Positions 41,098 to 53,473 of a stretch of 64,000 nucleotides of DNA are shown piece after piece. The stretch is from positions 1,364,001 to 1,428,000 of the forward strand of contig NW_027361688.1 of assembly GCF_039654945.1 (NCBI RefSeq), written 5' to 3'. The first letter of the stretch is position 1; the number at the start of each line of letters is the position of its first letter. The DNA is from Dendrobates tinctorius (lineage: Eukaryota). A program made the translations under genes and the position numbers. The notes below the pieces were generated by a model, which saw nothing but the letters and a program-made list of their open reading frames with translations, was not told the origin of the DNA and did no database searches.

Positions 41098-42440
41098 TAA
41101 TATTATTATTATTTATTGTTATAGCGCCATTTATTCCATGGTGCTTTACATGTAAGGAGGGGTATACATAAAAACAAGTACAATAATCTTAAACAATACA
41201 AGTCATAACTGGTACAGGAAGAGAGAGGACCCTGCCCGCGAGGGCTCACAATCTACAAGGGATGGGTGAGAATACAGTAGGCGAGGGTAGAGCTGGTTGT
41301 GCAGCGGTTTGGTGGATCGGTGGTTACTGCAGGTTGTAGGCTTGTCGGAAGAGGTGGGTCTTCAGGCTCTTTTTGAAGGTTTCAATGGTAGGTGAGAGTC
41401 TGACATGTTGTGGTAGAGAGTTCCAGAGTAGGGGTGATGCGCGAGAGAAATCTTGTATGCGATTGTGGGAAGAGGAGATAAGAGGGGAGTAGAGAAGGAG
41501 ATCTTGTGAGGATCGGAGGTTGCTTGCGGGAAAGTACCGGGAGACGAGGTCACAGATGTATGGAGGAGACAGGTTGTGGATGGATTTGTATGTCATGGTT
41601 AGGGTTTTGTACTGGAGTCTCTGGGCAATGGGGAGCCAGTGAAGGGATTGACAGAGGGGAGAAGCTGGGGAATAGCGGGGGGACAGGTGGATTAGTCGGG
41701 CAGCAGAGTTTAGAATAGATTGGAGGGGTGCGAGAGTGTTAGAGGGGAGGCCACAGAGCAGGAGGTTGCAGTAGTCAAGGCGAGAGATGATGAGGGCATG
41801 GACTAGGGTTTTTGCAGATTCTTGGGTGAGGAATGAACGGATTCGTGAAATATTTTTGAGTTGAAGTCGGCAGGAAGTGGAAAGGGCTTGGATATGTGGT
41901 TTGAAGGAGAGATCAGCGTCAAGGATTACTCCGAGACAGCGAGCTTGTGGGACTGGAGAGAGTGGGCAGTAATTTACTGTAATTGATAGGTTCGTAGGGG
42001 GGCCACGTGAGATGGGGGAAAGATGATGAATTCTGCTTTGTCCATGTTGAGTTTCAGAAATCTAGCGGAGAAGAAGGATGAAAGAGTGGACAGACATTGA
42101 GGGATTCTGGTTAGTAGGGAGGTGATATCTGGTCCAGAGATGTAGATCTGTGTGTCATCAGCATAAAGATGATACTGAAAGCCATGAGATTCTAGGAGCT
42201 GTCCCAGGCCAAAGGTGTAAATAGAGAACAGCAGGGGCCCAAGGACTGAACCTTGTGGGACTCCGACAGATAGGGGGCGAGGTGAGGAGGTGGTGTGTGA
42301 GTGGGAGACGCTGAATGTCCGGTCTGTTAGGTATGATGAGATCCAGGATAGGGCCAAGTCTGTGATGCCGAGGGATGAGAGGGTCTGTAATAATAGGGAA
42401 TGGTCCACTGTGTCAAAGGCAGCCGACAGGTCCAGGAGGA
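41098..42440 (-). mobile_element. L2 LINE 3' fragment (a different subfamily)
   Basis: [22 protein letters not shown] and YADDTQ motifs; (TAA)n-like tail near 41100. Confidence 0.9.
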
Positions 42441-44139
42441 ATCCGTTTTCCACATTCCTCGTTCCAGGTCTTTGCCTGTACAGTGAGGGCCTCATTCTCC
42501 ACCTGTATAAGGATCTAGTGACGCAGTGTAGACTGTTATTCAGCATTGCTGTCTCCTCAGATTGTCAGCTCTTGTGATCAGGCCCCGGCTCCTTGGTTGC
42601 AGACGGTCTTACCATGTATTCTTTTCTGATCTGTGGCGTTTTTTGTAGATGTCCTGTCTGGATTAGTAAGTGCTGCAATCTGTGTTGGCGCTGTATAAGA
42701 GTATAATCCGTAAAAGGTACGTTGGAAGCACTGCGCCAACACACACACACTCCAAAATATGTAAGCAAAGCATACTGAATGGTAAAATCAGCCACTAAGA
42801 ACAGTTGACTGGCAGGGGTGCTCGGTGTCGCACCCTCACTGATCAGACATTGCTGACCTATTCTAAGGTCAGCCAGCATTAAAGTCATGGACAACCTCGC
42901 ACGTGTACTTATTTGAAGCCTGCAAAATGATTTGGACTAGGGCCAGTTTTGTTTCCATATTACACTGAAAAGATCCTTTATGTTCCCCTAGTGGCACCTT
43001 TCCTCCTGACCCCCCTATTACTGCATTGTAATAAAGTCATGTGCATTAAAAATAGTGTCATATCGGCACTGGTGATCTGATAATGAACCAGTAGTAGCCC
43101 AGCGGGACGTCTATTCCCCCAGACTACTAGTCTGCACCTTCATTGCTGCAGTCATTCCCTCTTGGACGCGATTTATTCGCATCTGTATTTTTTCTGCAAA
43201 TGGATGCAAACGCATGGAACTGCACCCTAATGAGGATTTGGTTTGAAATGTGAAATTCTGACTTCTGGGGCAGAGGATAGGGGGAGAGAGGAGAGAGAGA
43301 CTGGTGAAAGGAAAAAAGAAAATGGGGTTCGGAGCCTGCGCAGTAGGAAATCCACATGCAGATTGGACGCAGGCATCCTGATTCAGGTGCGTCTACATTG
43401 ACAATCATATGTTTTTGCTGACACATATCAGGATGTCTGCAGATTTTTTTTAACACCCAAAATTCGCATCAAGCTGCGTTTTGGGAGAACATGGAAAATC
43501 CTGATGCAAACGCAGGTCCGTGCCTCCCTATGGTAAGTATAGGGATGTAATCTGGATCAGGATTGCTACGCTTCACAACGCACAGTACCAAAGCACTAGT
43601 GTGAACGCAGTCCCACTCATGCAGCCCCTAACCAGGTGCCCCCATGTCATATACATGCTCCCAATACATTTTATTATCATTACCACACTGTAACACAGGG
43701 CACAAGCCCTTCTAGTGAGGCAGATCACTGTATGACAGAGCAGCATGCGGACATAGTCTATATTATGTCTCCAGTCTGGTCCCATACAGTTTCATCACTT
43801 TCCCATAGCACATCCCTCACTGCCGAGCATCAGTGCCGCAACACAGATCCCTGCACACGGACCCGTGTTGTCCTGGATCCGTGCTCCATGTTATTTCCAG
43901 ACGTGTAGCCGCGGATCCGTGCGTCTCCCTGTGCCTCGTGTTTTTCAGATGACACAAAACTGCAACAACTTGCGTTTTTGTGCATCTGATAAAATATGCA
44001 GACATGCGGATCTGTGGGAAAACGGTGACACCTGGATGCACATACAAGTCCCATCCGTCACCACTGAAAGTCAATGGAGATGAAAACGGATCCGTGTGCA
44101 GCTAAAATATGCATGCGTGAAACCAGTTTAACCCTATAA

Positions 44140-44457
44140 GGCCATGTGCACACGGTGCGGATTCTGCTGCGGAACCGCAGCGTTTCAGGCTCTGTGGGTC
44201 CGCAGCAGCTTTAGCTGCGTTGTACAGTACCATTGTTTTCAATAGTAAACTCAAAAACGCTGTGCACATGCTGCAGATTTTTCCACACGGATTTGCTGCG
44301 GGTTCATATCCGCAGCATGTCAATTCTTTGTGCGGAATCCGCTGCGGTTTCAAACCTCTATTGTAGAGGTGTGAAACCGCAGGGCTAAACCGCAGGTCTT
44401 TTTTACCTGCGGATTTTTCCAAATCTGCAGCACCAAAAATTATGTGTGCACATGGCC
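44140..44457. mobile_element. Harbinger-like MITE
   Basis: TAA|GGCCATGTGCACAC...GTGTGCACATGGCC|TAA. Confidence 0.75.
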
Positions 44458-45186
44458 TAATTATTGGGGCTGGACCTAGATCTCTGCACAGTTTTGCCTG
44501 AAATCACTTCATTATATTGCTTACCCCTACCCTACCCTCAGCAAGAACTGACACTTCTCCCTGTAGGGTTCCTGTCCTGTGTGACTGTCCTGAATCCTCC
44601 TCACTCACTCAGTGCTGCACTGCTGCTGCTGAGCCAGCTGACTTTCACTAATAGTATACTATAGTATAGTATATGTGAGAGTCTACATGAGACCAATTTG
44701 CTGAGTCACTTGAGTTTAACCCCTCTACAGTCACATGCCATATACTGTATGCCATGCATGCATGTCTGAAGCTAGGAGGAGTATATCACTTTAAATATTT
44801 CCACTCACTCCAGCACAGACAGCACACATTTCCCTCTGTCTCCTGACAGCTTCGCCTCCTCCGAGATGAGTCACTGCCACTGCCTGGGGCAGGAAAAAAA
44901 AAAAAACTGGCTCGTTCACAGTGCAGAGCCGGCTCATTTTGTTCCCAGCGGGGAGCCGGCTCTTTGAATCGGATCGTTCATGAATGACACATCACTATTC
45001 TGAACGTACTAGCATGAATAGTTACCACCAGTAGAGCAGGAATCATCAGGTAAACATATTATATAGGGAGGGAAAATAATGCTGTCGTGGAAGGTTCCTA
45101 GAAACCGAATTACCGGTAAGTCTAATTCTATTTTCTCTAGTCACCTTCCACGACAGCCACCTTGGAGTCATGCCTACATTAATTTT

Positions 45187-45996
45187 TTAGGGAGGGACTA
45201 CGGCTTGCAAGACGCGTCTGCCGAACGTGAGATCCCTATTGAAATCCAGTCTATAGTGTCTGGTAAAGGTGTGCACAGAGGACCAGGTAGCCGCTCTGCA
45301 TATCTGCTCTGAAGACGTATTTCCTCTTGCTGCCCAGGAAGTAGCGACTGATCGAGTGGAGTGGGCTTTTAACGATCCGGGAGGAGAGAGATGTCTTGAA
45401 GAATATGCCAGGGAGATGGACTGCTTGATCCAACCCGCTATTGTGTTCTTTGCCACTTTCTTCCCCTTATTTCTTCCCGAATACTGAAGGAACAGGTTCT
45501 GATCGATTCTCCAATCCTTGGTTGCCTCGAGGTAGCGGAGAACTACCCTGCGGACATCCAAGGTATGAAATTTTCCTTCCTTCGGATTAGAAGGATTTGG
45601 GCAAAATGAGGGCAACGCGATATCTTGACTTCTATGAAAGTCTGACACCACTTTGGGCATAAAGGAGGGGTCTAGATGCAGTACTATACTGTCTGAATTG
45701 AGTAGGAGGTAAGGTTCCTGTACTGAAAGGGCCTGCAGTTCCCCCACCCGTCTAGCCGATGTGATTGCCGCCAGAAACACCGTTTTAAGTGTGAGAATTT
45801 TTAATGGGATTTCTGACAGGGGCTCAAACGGGGCCTGTGTTAGGCTATTGAGCCCTAAATTAAGATCCCAGGGAGGAACCCAATTAGGGAGCAAAGGGCA
45901 AATTCTGCCTGCCGCTGTCATGAACCGCTTGACCCAGCGGTGTTTGGCTAGGTCTTGGTCAAAAAAAGAACTAAGGGCAGATACCTGTACTTTCAA
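45187..45996 (-). CDS. DIRS tyrosine recombinase (C-terminal catalytic part; upstream frameshift)
   Basis: TSARRVGEL (R), AHSTR (HxxR), W and FTRHY (Y). Confidence 0.88.
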   Translation of the reverse strand: MKVQVSALSSFFDQDLAKHRWVKRFMTAAGRICPLLPNWVPPWDLNLGLNSLTQAPFEPLSEIPLKILTLKTVFLAAITSARRVGELQALSVQEPYLLLNSDSIVLHLDPSFMPKVVSDFHRSQDIALPSFCPNPSNPKEGKFHTLDVRRVVLRYLEATKDWRIDQNLFLQYSGRNKGKKVAKNTIAGWIKQSISLAYSSRHLSPPGSLKAHSTRSVATSWAARGNTSSEQICRAATWSSVHTFTRHYRLDFNRDLTFGRRVLQAVVPP

Positions 45997-46195
45997 TGTA
46001 CTTGGAGTAAGCCCTAGATCTAACCCTTTCTGCAGGAAGTCTAGTATTTGGACAATATTTGGGTGGGTGGAGTCAGGGGCCCCCGGAAGGCACCAGGAGG
46101 AAAATTTTTTCCATACTTGCCGTAAATTGCATTTGTTACCGGCTTTCTACTTTTTTGAAGGGTCCGGATTACCTCATTCGACAACCCTTTGGCCC

Positions 46196-47065
46196 TCAGA
46201 ATGTTGGCCTCAATAACCAAGCTGCTAGATATAACTTGGTTGGGTTCGGGTGTAGTAATGGACCCTGGAAAAGGAGGTCGGTCTTCTGGGGTAGAAGCAA
46301 GGGACCTTCCTGGGCCATGTCCAACAGAGCGCTGTACCAGCTTCGTCCTGGCCACATGGGAGCCACCAGGATTGTCTTGACTCCGTCTGCTCTGATCTTT
46401 TGTAACTTTTTTGCCAGCATCGGGATTGGTGGAAAAGCGTAGGCCAGTCTGAAGACCCATGGATGGGCAAATGCATCCGTCCCCAGGGCTCCGTACGTGG
46501 GACTGAGGGAGAAATAAGTCGCTGCTTTTGTATTTTGCATACTCGCGAACATGTCGACCTCTGGGTCTCTCCATCTCGAGGCTAGAGCCTGGAAGACCTC
46601 TTGGTTTAGACACCATTCTCCTGGATGGACGTCCTTCCTGCTCAGGAAGTCTGCCTGGATGTTTTCCGACCCCTTCAAGTGTACCGCAGAAATGGATAAC
46701 AGGTGCTTCTCTGCCCAGAGGAAGATCCTTGCTGCTACCTTCTTTAGACTGGCGTACCTTGTGCCCCCTTGGTGTCTGAGATATGCCACCGTGGTCACGT
46801 TGTCGGAGTATATTCGAACATGATGGTTCTTGACAAGGGTTGATGCGGCCTTCAGTGACTCTTCCACCGCCGTCAACTCCCTTAGGTTTGAAGATCCGGA
46901 TCTTATGTTCTGGGGCCACTGCCCCTGGAAGTATGAATCCTCGACCACGGCTCCCCAGCCTCTCAGACTGGCATCGGTACATAATATTCTTTGAGGAAGC
47001 TGATTCCAGCTTACTCTTCGTCTCAGGTTTCGGTAGCTCAGCCACCACCAGAGGGTCGATTTCAC
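46196..47065 (-). CDS. DIRS RNase H plus methyltransferase-like domain
   Basis: CTDAS..GWG, NLREL, SDN and NIQADFLSR; VDMFAS..DAF..YAFPP. Confidence 0.88.
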   Translation of the reverse strand: MKSTLWWWLSYRNLRRRVSWNQLPQRILCTDASLRGWGAVVEDSYFQGQWPQNIRSGSSNLRELTAVEESLKAASTLVKNHHVRIYSDNVTTVAYLRHQGGTRYASLKKVAARIFLWAEKHLLSISAVHLKGSENIQADFLSRKDVHPGEWCLNQEVFQALASRWRDPEVDMFASMQNTKAATYFSLSPTYGALGTDAFAHPWVFRLAYAFPPIPMLAKKLQKIRADGVKTILVAPMWPGRSWYSALLDMAQEGPLLLPQKTDLLFQGPLLHPNPTKLYLAAWLLRPTF

Positions 47066-47289
47066 ATGTCCTGGAAGTGGAACCCTCTTTGATAGGTTGT
47101 TTGGGTGCTTCCTCGTGTTTATCAGGACGTATGACTGGAGGACTCGCGTGTGAGCTTGTGCCCAGCTTACCGCCTGAATGCACGGTCAGGGAACCCAGGA
47201 TGGACATGGCATCCCTCAGCGTAGGTGCCCTTTTGTCTCTGAACCGGATTATTCTCTGCCGAAGGTCTATTAAAGGACGTCCTCTTTTC

Positions 47290-47889
47290 TTAATCCAAGA
47301 GGATCCCCAGGAATTTTTTCCTCAGGGAAGGATAGAGGGCCGACTTCTGGAGATTCGGTATCCACCCTAGGGTTTCGAGTATCTGTAGGGTTCTTGATAA
47401 GTCCTGGTTCAGCCGGGTTACCGATGGGGCGACGATCAGCAGATAGTCTAGATATGGCACAATGCATATCCCCTGAAGCCAAATGGAGATGACTGCTTCC
47501 TTCATGATCTTCGTGAACACCCTTGGTGCTGGGGATACCCCAAACGGCAGGGCATTGAATTGGAGGTGGCTGATTCCTTGGTCGTGGGAGATCGCGAACC
47601 TCAGGAACTTCCGGTGGTCTGGATGAATGGGAACGTGGTAATACACGTCCCTTAGATGTATTGTAGCCATCTGCCAGCCTCGTCCAATAAGAGGGATCGC
47701 TGATTTCACTGACTCCATCTTGAACCTTCGGTACTTGATGAAGTGGTTCAGGGGCTTTAGGTTTATTATGAGCCTGTGCTTTCCTGAGGGTTTCTTTATC
47801 AGGAACAGGTGAGAGTAATGTCCTCTGCCTGCCTCTTGTGGATGTACATACGAGACCACTCCTTCCCGTAGAAGTTCTATCTGAAGCAA
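47290..47889 (-). pseudogene. DIRS reverse transcriptase fragment
   Basis: YSHLFLIKK, RLIINLKPLN, ALPFG..APRVFTK. The catalytic motif has decayed to YLDY. Confidence 0.88.
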
Positions 47890-48065
47890 CAGGACTTTTT
47901 GCAGGCTCGGGGACAGTGCCGGGGTAATTTTTAGGGCATGCGGGGGGGGGGGGGTGCTCGAACTCCAGTTTCAGCCCAAATTGAGTAGTGTACAGAACCC
48001 ACTGGTTCGAGGTCGTGGCTTGCCATTGGGCAAGAAACTGTGTGAGTCGACCCCCGACCCAGGAG

Positions 48066-48704
48066 TCACTGCTTCTCTGGGGGCTGCTGCTGTTGGGGCA
48101 CAAGGATGTTTCTTCCTTTACCCCCTTTCGGGTAGCTCCAACGACCCGTCTTGCCCTTCCCTCTGAATGCCTTCTGAGAGGACTGTTCTGTTGAGGGACG
48201 AAAAAAACACCTTTTGGTGGATTTCTGTTCTGGCAGTGACTTATTCTTGTCAGAAGTCTTCTCAAGGATATCATCCAGGACAGGCCCGAACACGTGGTGC
48301 CCCTGGAAGGGGATGGCGCAGAGTTTCGTCTTGGAGGTGATGTCGCCCCTCCACGACTTCAGCCACAAGGCTCTCCAGGCCAAGTTTGAAAGGACTAGGG
48401 ACCTTGCTGCCACCCGTACCGGTTCTCCTGAAGCATCAGCTAAATAACCTGTTGTGTTCTGGAGGATTGACAGGGAGTCTAAGATTTCCTCTCTTGGGGT
48501 ACCCCCCGATAGGTGGTCTTCCAACGCACGTAGCCAGAAAAACAAAGATCTGGCTACGCAGGTGGAAGCAATATTTGCCTTGAGCAGGTTCGTAGAAGCT
48601 TGCCAGGACTTTTTAAGGTGGCTTTCTATTTTGCGATCCATCGGATCTTTCAATTGGGAAGCATCCTCAAAGGGCAAGGACGTTTTCTTAGTGACCTCAG
48701 ACAC
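48066..48704 (-). pseudogene. DIRS gag-like ORF1 fragment
   Basis: LKDPMDRKIE and RALWLKSW..D..SK..L..IPF.G..FG..LD, typical of vertebrate DIRS ORF1. Confidence 0.8.
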
Positions 48705-51700
48705 TTGGACGTCTATCTTAGGGACCTCCCAAATAGAACTATCACCTTCTAGGGGAAACCGATTTTTTTTTTTTTTAGCTCAGAAGGCACCGTAAGTGCC
48801 ATCTCGGGGGAGGACCACTCCTGAGCTATTAGGTCCTGTATAACCTCATGAACCAGGAAACCCTTTCTACCTCTGGGTTTCAACCCTCCAAACATATCAT
48901 CCTGGACTGAGAGCCTGACCTCCTCCTCCTCCAACCCCATGGTATTTCTTACCCTGGAGACTCCTCCATATCCGCCGAGGAGAAATAGTATTTTTTTGCA
49001 TCATGACTGGAGGCGGACGTGGAGCCCTCATTTTCCCAAATATCCTCCGATCCTGAGGAACGGACTTCTCCCGAGTCTGAGTCGGCTTCTATAGGAGTCC
49101 TTATCCTCTTTTTTTGGGGCAGGGCCCTGGGACACCGGGATTTAGGCTACTATGGAGGTTTGAACCTCCTGCCTAATGAGAGTTTTTATGCTGTCAAACA
49201 GGGAGGGTTGCTCGGTACGCAGGATATTTTGCGTACAAGGTTGGCATAACTTCTTTTTGTAGTCAGAAGGAAACCTGGCACCACATATACCATACTTGCG
49301 GGGGTGTTTAGGGACAGAGGCCTTGTCTTCCTACAAGAAGAAGAAAAGGCTTACTCAGACTTGTGCCACCAACTATTTGACAGGCAAGGGACCGGCCCTG
49401 CTACTCACTGTAGGAGGGGGAACACTGGGCTCAGCAGATGCTGCAGTTGAGGGCTTCTCACCATCCATGTCTGCACACACCACAGACACACTGCGCTTTC
49501 CTGGAGCTGCTGCGTTAGTTTGCTAGGTGCTCCTCCCTCCTTCCCTGAGGAGGATACCGCTCGACCCCCGCCGCCATTGGAATCATTTCCCGGGCCCCCT
49601 GGGTGCCGGCGCGCGTTTCCCCCTCACAGGACGCCGGAGGTTGCGAACCGGAAGTGCGCGTCACCGCTACCTCCGGTCGATTGCCCGCCCCCTCTGACGT
49701 GCGCAGCTCCAATGCAGCGCTGGGAGGAAGGAGGAAGCCGGGGAGCTATGCAGGACCCCGGCAGGCACCATACTGCCCCGCTTTACCCCGGAGGGCGCGG
49801 GTGGGGCGGCAGAAGTCCCGAGTCACACCGCGGTGGAGACGGAAGCAGCCCATGGAGGAGAGGTAAACCCCCCGACCTCGGCTGCCCAGCTCTGTGAGTA
49901 CATAGGGGCTCCGCTCGCTGGCCACGGCAGCCCCTTGTGACCTCTTCATGCCTCGACAGGGGACAGGAAAAACACTGAGGTAGCAGGAAGGGGAGGGTTA
50001 TTTAACCTCTTTGTGTTCCTGTCCCCTATTAGACAACCTCCAAGGTGGCTGTCGTGGAAGGTGACTAGAGAAAATGGATTTTTTATTTTCACGGCTCTAC
50101 GTTATAAACTTCTGTGAAGCACTTGAAGGTTCAAAGTGCTCACAACACATCTAGATAAGTCCCTTAATGGGTCTAGTTTCCAAAATGGGATCACTTGTTA
50201 GAGGTTACCACTGTTTAGGCCCATCGGGAGCTCTGCAAACGCAACATGATGTCCGCAGACCATTCCATCAAAGTCTGCATTCCAAAATGGCACTCCTTCC
50301 CTTCCAAGCTCTCCCATGCGCCCAAACAGTGGTTCCCCCCCACATAAGGGGTATCAGCGTACTCAGGACAAATCGCACAATAACTGTGGGGTATGATTTC
50401 TCCTGTTACCCTTGTAAAAATAAAAATTTTGGGGCGAAAAGATCATTTTTGTGGAAAAAAATGGATTTCTTATTTTCATGGCTCTACGTTATAAACTTCT
50501 GTGAAGCACTTGAATGTTCAAAGTGCTCACCACACATCTAGATAAGTTCCTTAATGGGTCTAGTTTCCAAAATGGGGTCACTTTTTGGAGGTTTCCACTG
50601 TTTAGGCACATTAAGGGCTCTCCGAATGCAACTTGGCATCCGATCTCAATTCCAGCCAATTCTGCATTGAAAAAGTCAAACGGCGCTCCATCCCTTGCGA
50701 GCTCTGCTGTGTGCTCAAAAAGTGGTTTACCCCCACATATGGGGTATCGGCGTATTCAGGAGAAATTGTACAACAAATTTTGTGGTTGATTTTCTCTTTT
50801 AACATTTGTGAACATAAAAAAAATTGGTTCTGAAATAAATTTTTTGAAAAAAAACGTTAAATGTTAATTTTTTCCTTCCACATTGCTTTAGTTCCTGTGA
50901 AGCACTTAAAGGGTTAATAAACTTCTTGAATGTGGTTTTGAGCACCTTGAGGGGTCTAGTTTTTAGAATGGTGCCACTTTTGGGTATTTTCTGTCATGTA
51001 CACCCCTCAAAATGACTTTAAATATGATGTGGTCCCTAAAAAAAATGGTTTTGTAAATTTTGTTGTAAAAATGAGAAATCGCTGGTCAACTTTTAACCCT
51101 TATAAATTCATAACAAAAAAAAAAAAATGTTGCTTCCAAAATTGTGGTGATGTAAAGTAGACATGTGGGAAATGTTACTTATTAAGAAATTTTTGTGACA
51201 CCTCTCTCTGATTTAAGGGCATAAAAATTAAAAGTTTTAAAATTGCAAAATTTTCATCATATTTCCGTTTTTTTTATAAACACAAGACTTATCGAAGAAA
51301 TTTTACCACTAACATGAAGTACAATATGTCACGAAAAAACAGTCTCAGAATCAGCGGGATCCATTAAAGCGTTCCAGAGTTATAACCTCATAAAGGGACA
51401 GTGGTCAGAATTGTAAAAATTGGCTCAGTCATTAAGCTGCAAACTGGCTCTGTCGCTAAGGGGTTAAGGAGGTGATAACTTGTCGATCGATGACCATTGC
51501 TTCAGACTCAGGCCCCTTTCACACATCCGTTTTTTGCCATTAGTCGCAATCCGTCGAATTTTGAAAAAAAAAGGATCCAGCGACTGATACCGCTGGACCT
51601 GTTTTTTCCCATTGGCATGCTGTATAAAGAGATAACATCCGTATTCCAATATATTCTGGCCTCACAACTTATAGGGTAACATCCAGAATATGGAATCCAG

Positions 51701-52112
51701 ATGGGGGCGCTGGGTCCTAGTGCCCTCTGCCTCCAGTGATCTGCTGGTTAGGCCTGTTTCACACATCCGTATGTTACCATCAGTCAAAATCCGCCGTTTT
51801 GCAAGAAAAACCCGGATCCGCCATTTTGCTTGGCGGATCCGTTTTTTTTTCCCATTGAGTTGCATTACCGGCGGATCTTGACGGATGGCCATCCGTTGGA
51901 TCCGTTTTTTTGCGGATCCACCAAAATGTTGTCGTCCGCCGACATGCCTGGACGGACAATGCAACGTTTTTTCGGGCGGCCGAATCCGCATTTTACATTG
52001 CGCATGCCCGGAGGACTTCCCTCGGCCGCAAATTTAACCCTAAACTCTGTTCGGGCGGCTGAAAAATTCTCTCTCTCTCTTCCCCTATTACACACTCTTC
52101 ACACAATGGAGA

Positions 52113-53092
52113 GTATATAGCACTATATGGGGGTATACAGCAGGATATGGAGGGTATATAGCACTATATGGGGGTATGCAGCAGGATATGGAGGGTATAT
52201 AGCACTATATGGGGGTATGCAGCAGGATATGGAGGGTATATAGCACTATATGGGGGTATACAGCAAGATATGGAGGGGATATAGCACTATAAGGGGGTAT
52301 ACAGCAGGATATGGAGGGTATATAGCACTATATGGGGGTATACAGCAGGATATGGAGGTATATAGCACTATATGGGGGTATACAGCAGGATATGGAAGGT
52401 ATATAGCAGTATATGAGTGTATGCAGCAGGATATGGAGGGTATATAGCACTATATGGGGGTATACAGCAGGATATGGAGGGTATATAGCACCATATGGGG
52501 GTATACAGCAGCATATGGAGGGTATATAGCACTATATGGGGGTATACAGCAGGATATGGAGGCGATATAGCACTATATGGGGGTATACAGCAGGATATAG
52601 AGGGTATATAGCACTATATGGGGGTATACAGCAGGATATGGAGGCGATATAGCACTATATGGGGGTATGCAGCAGGATATGGAGGGTATATAGCACTATA
52701 TGGGGGTATACAGCAGGATATAGAGGGTATATAGCACTATATGGGGGTATGCAGCAGGATATGGAGGGTATATAGCACTATATGGGGGTATACAGCAGGA
52801 TATGGAGGGTATATAGCACTATATGGGGGTATACAGCAGGATATGGAGGGTATATAGCACCATATGGGGGTATACAGCAGGATATGGAGGGTATATAGCA
52901 CTATATGGGGGTATGCAGCAGGATATGGAGGGTATATAGCACTATATGGGGGTATACAGCAGGATATGGAGGTATATAGCACTATATGGGGGTATACAGC
53001 AGGATATGGAGGGTATGTAGCACTATATGGGGGTATACAGCAGCATATGGAGGGTATGTAGCACTATATGGGGGTATACAGCATGATATGGG
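52113..53092 (+). repeat. 41-bp satellite array (~24 units)
   Basis: GTATATAGCACTATATGGGGGTATACAGCAGGATATGGAGG repeated; the unit is itself a dimer of ~20/21-bp subunits. Confidence 0.97.
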
Positions 53093-53312
53093 GGAAAAAA
53101 AGAAAAATTTTTCAGCTCACCCCAAAGAAGACAGCTATAAGTCCGATTGGTGCACGGAATGTGGAAACAGGATCCCTCTACAGCAAAACGTGAAATGGAA
53201 AAAATTCCAGCATCCAGATCAGTAATTAGATTAAAAAAATTTTTTTATTCCTTTATTCCAAAATTTAAAAAAATCATAAGATTCTCCATCATGATAAGAG
53301 ACGCATCAGGAC

Positions 53313-53366
53313 GTGTAGTTGGACGCGTTTCGGACAAAAAACCAGTCCTTATTCTAAGACAACACA
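53313..53366 (-). ncRNA. Degenerate minimal hammerhead-ribozyme-like motif in the Penelope pLTR
   Basis: Minus strand UGUGUUG-UC-UUAGAAUAA-GGAC(UGGUUUUU)GUCC-GAAA-CGCGUC-CAACUACA. The CUGANGA core is non-canonical. Confidence 0.5.
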
Positions 53367-53473
53367 TAATACATCTGAACACATGCTTTTAAAAGGAAAC
53401 ATAGGAAGTCAAGGAACAATCAAGACTAAACATAGCCAGCTGATTAATGGGAGGTAGTAAGTCACAATCACAC

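Larger units (their letters stand above)
41017..44997. mobile_element. Non-autonomous hAT element inserted in the DIRS 3' region
   Basis: TIR TAGTGATG/CATCACTA; 8-bp TSD TTCTGAAC (41009-41016 and 44998-45005); GAGCCGGCTC subterminal repeats. Confidence 0.88.
40871..50074 (-). mobile_element. DIRS1-type tyrosine-recombinase retrotransposon, structurally complete, ORFs decayed
   Basis: The 5' end reads TTTTCTCTAGTCACC. ITRs at ~49968-50074 and 40871-41010; ICR at 45081-45167; gag, RT, RNase H/MT and YR ORFs. Inserted in an A run with no TSD. Confidence 0.95.
39809..51463. mobile_element. Non-autonomous piggyBac-like element hosting the DIRS insertion
   Basis: TTAA|CCTCTTAGCGAC ... GTCGCTAAGGGG|TTAA. 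Internal ~390-bp repeats resume at 50075 in register with 40870. Confidence 0.8.
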
